The position numbers and the translations under genes were made by a program. 58,890 nucleotides of DNA from a virus (taxonomy: Duplodnaviria > Caudoviricetes). Shown piece after piece: positions 51,935 through 58,890 of the stretch (position 1 is its first letter; each line of letters begins with the position of its first letter). The stretch is taken from the IMG/VR virus record IMGVR_UViG_3300049273_000019, positions 1-58,890 of that record, one strand, 5' to 3'. Below the pieces are notes generated by a model that ran no database searches, was not told the origin of the DNA, and saw only the letters and a program-made list of their open reading frames with translations.

Positions 51935-53038
51935 TCACGTGGTCAGCGGGGTTCGCCGGGGCGGGTACTGATCCCAGGTCCGTCCGTCCAGCACACGTCC
52001 GGCGTGCCTCTTGCCGATGCGGCACATGGTGGGTCCGTCGTCGCCGAACGGTCTGACCCACTCCCGGGTCCGGCCCGGCTGGATCGGCGGCAGGCTCATG
52101 TATTCGCGGTGGCCGTCGAGCGGCAGCCAGTCGCCCCACTGCTTCAGGTAGAACGGGACGCTGGCATCGACGCACTGGTCACGTAGCGACCGGATCCAGT
52201 CGGGGTGCACCGGCCGGGCACCCGGTCCGGTCTCACCGCCGACAACCAGCCAGTCGATCTCTGGGAACGGACGCTCCACATACGTCACCGACTTGTCGTC
52301 TGTGGAACAGGCCAGGCATTCGTAGTGCGTGCCTTGGTGGTCGCTGTCGTGTCCGGTGTGGTCGTCCGGGTTGAGATTGATGGGCCCGAGCAGTGGTTCA
52401 GCGCTGACCCACCGGACAGCGGCCGGAGTATCGAGCAGCGCCGGGATCCTGATGTTCGCCCATTTCTGGTCCTCAGCCGAAACACCAATCCAGACATTGG
52501 GAAGCGGCCACGGAACTGCGTTGGACATTCCGGATTTCAGACCGGGTATGTACGTCGGGCTGTGCGGGGTGCTTGCCCATTCCATTACGGAACGGAAATG
52601 CTCCCCCGGAACGTGGCCGGAACGGCAGTGGCACTCGTCGCGGAGGACAGACCGCATCCGGGCATGGCGTTTGGTCAGGACGATGTACGTGTGTTGTGGA
52701 GTCGCGGCCATCACAGCCCACGCGCGGGCGATGAATTCCACCGGAACGTCCTTGTGGAACAGGTCCGACATCGAACACACGAAGATCCGGCGTGGTTTCC
52801 GCCAGTGCAGCGGCCAGTCCAACCTGTCCGGCAGTAACCGCACCTCGCCGTTGAAACGGCCGCCCTCGGCGAGGCCGGCGTACGCGGGGTTGTTGCGGAG
52901 CCTGCCTGCGGTGAGCCGGGCGGCGTAGCAGCGGTCGCATCCGGGTGACATGTGTTCGCAACCGGTCACGATCGGCCAGGTCGCGCCGGGTGTGCCGTCG
53001 TCGGCGCGGGTCCATTCGACCCTTGTGCGGTCAGCCAC
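51935..53038 (-). CDS. DUF5131 / phage Gp37-Gp68 family protein
   Basis: TW.IVTGCEHMSPGCDRCYA, IFVCSMSDLFH, VSAEPLLGP, GGETG, FYLKQWG. Confidence 0.92.
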   Translation of the reverse strand: MADRTRVEWTRADDGTPGATWPIVTGCEHMSPGCDRCYAARLTAGRLRNNPAYAGLAEGGRFNGEVRLLPDRLDWPLHWRKPRRIFVCSMSDLFHKDVPVEFIARAWAVMAATPQHTYIVLTKRHARMRSVLRDECHCRSGHVPGEHFRSVMEWASTPHSPTYIPGLKSGMSNAVPWPLPNVWIGVSAEDQKWANIRIPALLDTPAAVRWVSAEPLLGPINLNPDDHTGHDSDHQGTHYECLACSTDDKSVTYVERPFPEIDWLVVGGETGPGARPVHPDWIRSLRDQCVDASVPFYLKQWGDWLPLDGHREYMSLPPIQPGRTREWVRPFGDDGPTMCRIGKRHAGRVLDGRTWDQYPPRRTPLTT

Positions 53039-53457
53039 CGGTGGTCCCCCCTCCCCCGGCGGACTCCGGTGCTACGGGGGCTCTGACTGATGCGCTGAGG
53101 GAGAAGCGCACGGCATTTCGTGATGCACCGCCGGCACGTGGGCAACCGTGTCGTCGCACCTTCCGGATCCCAGAGGCGAGCCCCACACAGCGCACGGTCG
53201 GATTCGTCGCTCTCGGCGGCGTGGATCTCACTTCCTTTCGACGATCTGCGGAGGGCCCAGTGCTCGTGCACGGTCGCGAGGAGTGCTCGCTCCGCCCACA
53301 CCGCGATGTCGAGGATTTGGGAGGTGGTCAGTACAACCGCAGGGCCGTCGTTGTCACCGGGTGGCGCGATCCAGACCAGCGTCAGATCAACTCCGTCCTC
53401 AAGGACAAGACTTGCCCCGCGTCCGTCGGTGACGGTCAGGCAGCCGTCATCAGCCAT
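52966..53457 (-). CDS. Hypothetical protein
   Basis: Operonic position; H...ALCG...CRRC; 3' end uncertain. Confidence 0.45.
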   Translation of the reverse strand: MADDGCLTVTDGRGASLVLEDGVDLTLVWIAPPGDNDGPAVVLTTSQILDIAVWAERALLATVHEHWALRRSSKGSEIHAAESDESDRALCGARLWDPEGATTRLPTCRRCITKCRALLPQRISQSPRSTGVRRGRGDHRWLTAQGSNGPAPTTAHPARPGRS

Positions 53458-53752
53458 CGCTGGCCACCGCCTTTTCCTTGGTGTCCTCCGGCGGGTACGG
53501 CTGGCCAGCGGCGGCGGCCCATTCGCGGTAGTTGTCGAACGACCCGCTACGCGGCTTCCCGTCGATCAATGCGGTGGCGGCCGCGAGTGCGAGGGTGGCG
53601 TGCACCTGGGCGGCGCCGAGGTCGGCGGTGCGGTAGGCAAGCCGCTCCTCGGCTGTCAGCTTGGCTTTCCAGCCCCAGTCGGCGTCCATCCATTCGTCCG
53701 CTTGGCTGGCAAGTTGCTCTGCCTCGCGGTAGTGCTCGGGTCCGGTGGCCAT
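53450..53752 (-). CDS. Conserved actinophage hypothetical protein
   Basis: TGPEHYREAE.L...AQVHATLALAAATA. Confidence 0.75.
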   Translation of the reverse strand: MATGPEHYREAEQLASQADEWMDADWGWKAKLTAEERLAYRTADLGAAQVHATLALAAATALIDGKPRSGSFDNYREWAAAAGQPYPPEDTKEKAVASDG

Positions 53753-53754
53753 GG

Positions 53755-54351
53755 TCAGTCGACCTCCGTGAGCTGGGTGAGCTGGGTGATGGTCAGATGG
53801 ACTTCCCCCACCGATCCGTACTTCACGGGCTGGAGGGGGTCGCCGATGGCGATGTGAGGCCCGTCGAGGTGAGTCGGGTTGTCGTCAGGGATCAACCCGT
53901 GTCCCGGCAACGTCACCGGCCGACCGTGCTGGTCGGTGTACCGGCGCTCGGGACACAGACCGTCCACGATTGGTTTGAGCGTCGCGTGGTAGTTCGCCGG
54001 ATCGCGGCGGCGCCGGTTCCGGAACCGCAGCACAGCGTCGATCCGGACCCGGGCCAATCCTTTCGGCAGCCCGGCGCGGCGGGCGTGCATGAAGGCGGTG
54101 TTCCGCCACGTCCCGGCAAGCTCGGCATGGCTCCACCGATTCCGCCGATCGTTCGCGGACAGCCACGCGCACGGGGCTGGGATGACGAGTTGCCACTGCG
54201 CCTGACGGGTGGCGTCGATGTACACCCGGACCACGTCGGGCTGGGACCGCATAGGGTACGGCTCTGACACGCGTTGCATGCTCAGGGTGCGTTCCAAGTC
54301 GGCGACGGTGGCGGCGATCTCGGTAGGAGTGCCGATCAGGCGGATCTTCAC
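53755..54351 (-). CDS. RusA-like Holliday junction resolvase with small N-terminal domain
   Basis: LSANDR, RRRDPANYHATLKPIVDGL, GLIPDD. Confidence 0.75.
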   Translation of the reverse strand: MKIRLIGTPTEIAATVADLERTLSMQRVSEPYPMRSQPDVVRVYIDATRQAQWQLVIPAPCAWLSANDRRNRWSHAELAGTWRNTAFMHARRAGLPKGLARVRIDAVLRFRNRRRRDPANYHATLKPIVDGLCPERRYTDQHGRPVTLPGHGLIPDDNPTHLDGPHIAIGDPLQPVKYGSVGEVHLTITQLTQLTEVD

Positions 54352-54758
54352 CTGACACCACCGATCCGGGCGGCGATCCCGTTGCGTTTCGAACAGTGCG
54401 CGCACACCTGCTTGGGGTCGGCTCGTTCAATGGCCCGCCAGCAGCTGTTGTGCCAGCCGGGGTGGAGGGTGCCGTTGAGCGGGGTCCACACCCGTTCAGC
54501 TCGGGACCCCGGTTCCCCGTTGGTCTGGTGGTCTCGGATGCGGGCCGCGTACTGGTCGAGCAGCTCTACCTCGACGGCGTCGACGAGTTGGAGACGGTTG
54601 GCGGCACGCCGACGGGCGGACTGCCACGCCACCCAGTACCGGGCGGCGCGAGCCTCAGCGGAAGCCAGCGCCACCTGGTACCGCACCAGATCGGTGGGCG
54701 GCTGCGCCGCCGCACCGTGTCTGGTGCGGCGGCATAACCTGTGCCACAGGGCCTTCAC
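54348..54758 (-). CDS. Hypothetical protein
   Basis: RY.VAWQSARRRA; operonic overlaps. Confidence 0.5.
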   Translation of the reverse strand: MKALWHRLCRRTRHGAAAQPPTDLVRYQVALASAEARAARYWVAWQSARRRAANRLQLVDAVEVELLDQYAARIRDHQTNGEPGSRAERVWTPLNGTLHPGWHNSCWRAIERADPKQVCAHCSKRNGIAARIGGVR

Positions 54759-54946
54759 GACGCCCTCGCCGTGGTGGGTACCGGCATGGTGATCAGAGGT
54801 GCTGAGGCGTGTTCTACCAGCGCCTCGACGAGTTCCGGGCACGGCTTGTCCTGGCACTCCGACCACAAGCAGCAGCCGCAGAACAGGCACACCACGTCGT
54901 TGAAATCGTCGGCCTGGACCACAGCGGACAGGTGGCAATCACTCAT
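54755..54946 (-). CDS. Small Cys-rich hypothetical protein
   Basis: Overlaps recT stop and next start. Confidence 0.4.
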   Translation of the reverse strand: MSDCHLSAVVQADDFNDVVCLFCGCCLWSECQDKPCPELVEALVEHASAPLITMPVPTTARAS

Positions 54947-55862
54947 CGCCCAGCACCCCCTGTTGGCTGGGCTCGCCGTTGTTCGGAGCACCGTCGGGTC
55001 GTCCGTCGCCAGCCGTGCCGGTTGGGGCGTCTTCGGGGCCGTCGTCAGCGAGTTCCCCGTCGATGAAGTCGGGGTGGTCGGTGGCCTCGGCGGCATCCAC
55101 GGTCGGGGTGATGTCGACGCGCACGCCATCATCGGCGGCGAGAGCGACAGCCAGTTCCGTCGATTTGGGCATGTATTTCGCCAGTTGACGAATACAGGTT
55201 TTGTGGGCCATGCCCTCGAAGTTGTCGACCCACGGGCCGACGATTTTTCCTTCCTTGTTCCGGGCCGTGGCGTGCTGGTCCCGGTAGTTCTGCATCTCCC
55301 GGTGAGTCATCACGATGAAGGCGTGACCGTTGCTCGTGAATTTCACGATCGCGTAATAGGCAATCGGGTCGCCCCGGTCCGCGAAAAGGTTCGGTCGGTG
55401 GACGAGAGTGTCGGCGAGGCCGTAGTCGACGCTGAATTCGTCATTCTCGTGGACGGTGCGGGCGATCAGCGATGCGATCTTCCCGGACCTGTGCGCCAGG
55501 TCGATCATGCCCTGGTATCCGATGACGAGTTGCGCCTTGTAGCACCTGGAACGGTTGTCCCAAAACGGGATCAGCCAGGCATGTCCGAGCACCCCTGGGC
55601 GCAGCCCGAGTTGGGCGCAGGTCATCAAACTACCGAGGACGCTGGTGCCCTCACATTTCGCGAGGTTCCGGGTCATCCGCAGAGCGGTGAGGGCGTCCCG
55701 GATCAGTTGCGCGGCCTCGCCGCCCCTCGGCATCGCCGCCTGATACGCCTTCTCCATCTTGCGGATGTCGTCGGCGAGGCTGTTCGTGACTACGTTTCCG
55801 TTCTCGCGACGGGCTGCGAGGGCCGTTGCCGCGTCGGGTTGCTGGCGGTTACGGGGAGGCAT
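54939..55862 (-). CDS. recT: RecT-family single-strand annealing protein
   Basis: SVLGSLMTCAQLGLRPG..GHAWLIPF, IGYQGMIDLAHRSG, MAHKTCIRQL.KYMPKS. Confidence 0.95.
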   Translation of the reverse strand: MPPRNRQQPDAATALAARRENGNVVTNSLADDIRKMEKAYQAAMPRGGEAAQLIRDALTALRMTRNLAKCEGTSVLGSLMTCAQLGLRPGVLGHAWLIPFWDNRSRCYKAQLVIGYQGMIDLAHRSGKIASLIARTVHENDEFSVDYGLADTLVHRPNLFADRGDPIAYYAIVKFTSNGHAFIVMTHREMQNYRDQHATARNKEGKIVGPWVDNFEGMAHKTCIRQLAKYMPKSTELAVALAADDGVRVDITPTVDAAEATDHPDFIDGELADDGPEDAPTGTAGDGRPDGAPNNGEPSQQGVLGDE

Positions 55863-56849
55863 TTATGCCATCTCCTTCACGGAAAGGGAGCGGGTCTGCG
55901 GTGCCCGGTAGTCGTCCGGGTCAGGGAGAACGAGTGCGTGCGTCTCGGCCAGGTCGGTGGCGAGGCGTTGCCAATTCACGCGGCCGGACCGTGCGGACCA
56001 GGTCACGACGACCCGGCCACCGATCCGGCCGGCTTCGTGCTTGCCGAGCAGCGCCTTCAGCCCGGTGCCGGCTTCCTCTTTTGCGACCTTGGCGGCGACC
56101 TCGCGCTCGTGGGCTTCGAGGTATTGGAAGATCAGCTCAGTGGCGTCGGTGTGGTCCAGGTCGACCTCACCGGCTGTGGGGCGCGGGTAGAGGAACTGAA
56201 GGGTGTCCCTGTCCCCGGTTCCCAGCGGCGGCTCAACCCGATCGACGACGTGCCGCTGCCACCACTGCGACACCTGCGTCACCAGATCGGCCTCGACGAC
56301 CAGGTCGCGTTTGATGACGTAGTGGCGGACCCCCATACCGGCGATCAGCGCGACCACGTGAACGGCCGGGGCGTCCATCACGTGCATCTGCCACCGGGCC
56401 TGGAGTTCGTACCCGAGGGGGATCTGCTCGTCGGTCCACCCGTCCGGGATCCCGAATCCCGACGCGAGCCCGGCCGTCTTCGTCTCGACCAGCGGACCAG
56501 TGCCGGTGGTGCCGTCCGGTGAGCACATCCGCCACTGGTGTTCCGGGTGGGCGTACAGTCGCGCGGGGGTACGCACGACCGGTTGCCCGATCTGCCGGGC
56601 GGCCTGCCCGATGAGCCAGGGCTCCAGGTCGGTTCCCAGGTCGGCCGCCTCGGATGGGGTGTCGTCCGGTCGGCGCATGTCGAGTCGCTCGGCCCACACC
56701 TGCCACGGCGTGGTCCATTTCGAGAAGCCGAGCACAGCGCTCACGTCGCTGGCGCCGAGGCCTTGCCGGCGGGCGGCGAGGTACTCGTCCCGATTGGTGC
56801 CCCATCCGAGGACGGGGATGGCCTGCTTCGACATGGTGGCTGCGGTCAC
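55863..56849 (-). CDS. YqaJ-family exonuclease
   Basis: RRQGLGASD, SPDG, VETKT, Y.LQ..WQM.V. Confidence 0.93.
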   Translation of the reverse strand: MTAATMSKQAIPVLGWGTNRDEYLAARRQGLGASDVSAVLGFSKWTTPWQVWAERLDMRRPDDTPSEAADLGTDLEPWLIGQAARQIGQPVVRTPARLYAHPEHQWRMCSPDGTTGTGPLVETKTAGLASGFGIPDGWTDEQIPLGYELQARWQMHVMDAPAVHVVALIAGMGVRHYVIKRDLVVEADLVTQVSQWWQRHVVDRVEPPLGTGDRDTLQFLYPRPTAGEVDLDHTDATELIFQYLEAHEREVAAKVAKEEAGTGLKALLGKHEAGRIGGRVVVTWSARSGRVNWQRLATDLAETHALVLPDPDDYRAPQTRSLSVKEMA

Positions 56850-57256
56850 CGGACACCACCGGCGGTGTGGGCGAGCAGCCAGTCCTCGTTGACCACGAGT
56901 TCCACCTCGCGGGCGTCAACGCCGTGCAGGATCAGGACGAGGGCGAGCCTGTCGATGGCCCGGTTCGCCTCCCGGCGTTGGCGGACCAGTTCCTGGTTGC
57001 GGGCACGGGCGCGGGCGAGTCGGGTGTTGACCCGGCGGATCCGGCTGTCGTGGACGGCCCCGGCCAGCGCGGCGACGAACAGGAGCAGCGCCAGGACGAC
57101 GGCGGCCGCGACGGATGCGAGCACAGTGGTCACAGGTGTCACCGGTCCCACCTCCACGGGACGAACAAGGCGGCCACCGATCCGGCGCTGAGCAGGGCGA
57201 CCAGGGCGAACGGGATGTACGGCCAGTAGGCGACGATCTCGATCACTGCTCATCAC
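56846..57256 (-). CDS. Membrane-anchored hypothetical protein (start uncertain)
   Basis: TM segment plus coiled coil. Confidence 0.45.
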   Translation of the reverse strand: MMSSDRDRRLLAVHPVRPGRPAQRRIGGRLVRPVEVGPVTPVTTVLASVAAAVVLALLLFVAALAGAVHDSRIRRVNTRLARARARNQELVRQRREANRAIDRLALVLILHGVDAREVELVVNEDWLLAHTAGGVR

Positions 57257-57530
57257 CGCCTGCGGCGGCAGTCAGGTCTGCTTGGGCGGCGGTGATCTCG
57301 TGCCTGAGGAGTTGGGGGACCCGCTCAACGCCCCTCACCGCCTGTGACGCCGCGGCCACTCCCGCTTGGGCGTCGTTGGCGTCGGTCGGGGACAGTTCGG
57401 CCCGTCTGGTCAGGCTGTGGATCAGCGACTCAGCGTTTGTGAGAGACCGCTGTGCTTCAGTGAGCTGACGGGTCAGGATCTTGGCGAGCCTGTCAGCGTT
57501 GGCGAGAAAATCGGCGCGGTCAGTGTTCAC
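57243..57530 (-). CDS. Hypothetical protein
   Basis: Operonic overlap. Confidence 0.55.
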   Translation of the reverse strand: MNTDRADFLANADRLAKILTRQLTEAQRSLTNAESLIHSLTRRAELSPTDANDAQAGVAAASQAVRGVERVPQLLRHEITAAQADLTAAAGGDEQ

Positions 57531-57901
57531 CGGGCGTCTCCGATCAGGGCGGCGTGCCGCCCGAGGAGTGCCGGGCCGCCGATGGTGGAGGTGGACGGAG
57601 CGAGCAGTTCCAGCTCGGCGAGGTTGGCGAGCGCATCAAGCCACGCGGCGACCTCGTGCGCGTCGCCGATCCGGTCGGCCCACCCCTGGAGCGCCTGCAA
57701 CCGCATGCTGTACGCGGCGGGGTGGTCACGGTCGGGCCCGTTGATGCATCGCAGGTCGGTGGCGAGCCCGGCCACCAGGTTGAGCCACCGGTTGCGGGAC
57801 TCCGTGTGGGTGACGGCGAGCAGTGCGTTACACAGGTCGACGCCGTCACGGACGAGGGCGGCGGTCTGACGGAGCAGTTCGGTGGCAGTGCGGTAGTTCA
57901 T
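57527..57901 (-). CDS. Hypothetical protein (DUF6197-like)
   Basis: Operonic overlap; W.D......EV...L..LA. Confidence 0.5.
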   Translation of the reverse strand: MNYRTATELLRQTAALVRDGVDLCNALLAVTHTESRNRWLNLVAGLATDLRCINGPDRDHPAAYSMRLQALQGWADRIGDAHEVAAWLDALANLAELELLAPSTSTIGGPALLGRHAALIGDAR

Positions 57902-58275
57902 GACGCACTGTCCGATCCGGAAGGCTCCACCGACCCCCGGTATGAGGTCAGCGCCTCGTGCTCAGCCATGCGCCGCTGGTCGATGTGGATCACGGTGAAG
58001 CGGACCCCGCCGCTGAACTCGCGGCTCGCGTGCCAGTCTGATTCGCCGCGCATCACCGGAACGTCCATCGAGGCAGCGACACGGGCCACGGCGGCGTAGC
58101 CGGTGTCGTCGTCCACGTCGGAGGTGTGAACGTGGATCTCGTGTAAGAGATCCACCGGTACGTCAGGGTGCGCCTCCAGCCAGTCAGTCATCTGGCGCAG
58201 GCCTTCGATGATCGCGGCCCGCTTCGCAGGTTTGGCCGCGTAGAACTGACCCCAGTCGTTGGACGACGTGTTCAC
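57898..58275 (-). CDS. Hypothetical phage protein
   Basis: R.A.I.GLR.M.DWLEAHPDVP, A.R.F.G.V. Confidence 0.65.
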   Translation of the reverse strand: MNTSSNDWGQFYAAKPAKRAAIIEGLRQMTDWLEAHPDVPVDLLHEIHVHTSDVDDDTGYAAVARVAASMDVPVMRGESDWHASREFSGGVRFTVIHIDQRRMAEHEALTSYRGSVEPSGSDSAS

Positions 58276-58718
58276 CGGGCCACCTCCGCTCCAGAGCGGG
58301 AGCGCGGGCAGTGCTCGCACTCGGTGAAACCGGCGGCGGCCTCATCGGTCGGCATGATCCGGCCGCAGGTCGAGCACTGCGCCGGCATGGTCGCGGCGTT
58401 CGCGGCACGGGCCAGGTCGCGCCACCAGTCACGGCTGGCGGCGGGGATCTTGTGCCAGTCATCCCCGGCGAGGTCGGCCATGGCGCGGGCCATTCGCTCG
58501 ACGGTGTACGGGCTAGCGGTGAACACGCCGGCCACCACGGGCCACAGCGCGGGGTCGCGGTGATCCAGTTCGCAGCGAGTAACAACCGGATACGGATGCT
58601 GGTCGACGCGAGCGGTAGTGGTCCGGTACAGCACCTGGCCGACGTCGACGAGGGTGCCGACGTAGTAGGCCGGCTGCTGGTCGGTGGTGTTTCCGGTTTG
58701 GACATTGATTTCAGCCAC
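58272..58718 (-). CDS. Hypothetical protein
   Basis: Operonic overlaps. Confidence 0.5.
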   Translation of the reverse strand: MAEINVQTGNTTDQQPAYYVGTLVDVGQVLYRTTTARVDQHPYPVVTRCELDHRDPALWPVVAGVFTASPYTVERMARAMADLAGDDWHKIPAASRDWWRDLARAANAATMPAQCSTCGRIMPTDEAAAGFTECEHCPRSRSGAEVAR

Positions 58719-58890
58719 GGCCCACCGCCCATGGGTCGTCCAGGTCGCCCCGGTAGGTCTGCACCCGGGCGGGTGTCACACGCTGCAGCTCGGCACGGCG
58801 GAGCCGGGCCGCGCGGTGCCGCACGTGCTGGCCATACGCAACCGCAGCGACGGCCAGCAAAGCCATCACTGCGAGCAACGCGAAAGACAT
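58711..58890 (-). CDS. 59-aa membrane-anchored protein (not in ORF track)
   Basis: ATG at the last base of the window; hydrophobic N-terminus. Confidence 0.5.
   Translation of the reverse strand: MSFALLAVMALLAVAAVAYGQHVRHRAARLRRAELQRVTPARVQTYRGDLDDPWAVGRG

Overview
Most of a high-GC actinobacterial temperate siphophage/prophage. The host genus cannot be fixed from sequence alone. Almost all core genes are on the minus strand. From right to left: early recombination/replication genes (YqaJ exonuclease, RecT, RusA-like resolvase, DUF5131, a truncated PglX-like methylase, WhiB, and a replication initiator with internal iterons and a DnaA box); a displaced TerS-like gene; a ~9.6 kb accessory island (29.2-38.8 kb); an initiator tRNA-Met; terminase, portal, head and tail genes; lysis genes; and an orphan type I-E CRISPR array (leader, 6 repeats, 5 spacers) with no cas genes in the window. 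No repressor/integrase end or att sites are visible. Main points of interest: (1) the cas-less I-E array at the distal end of the lysis module; (2) a regulon of tiny genes driven by mirror-symmetric bidirectional promoters with a shared GACACGGACAAG leader and two paralogous HTH regulators, a candidate anti-defence island; (3) a PglX-like protein that stops before its catalytic motif, a candidate anti-BREX decoy; (4) a PhoD-like phosphodiesterase fused to a baseplate-hub tail protein; (5) a tyrosine recombinase with a 34-bp lox/dif-like palindrome at its 5' end. All family assignments come from motif recognition by eye, not from database searches.
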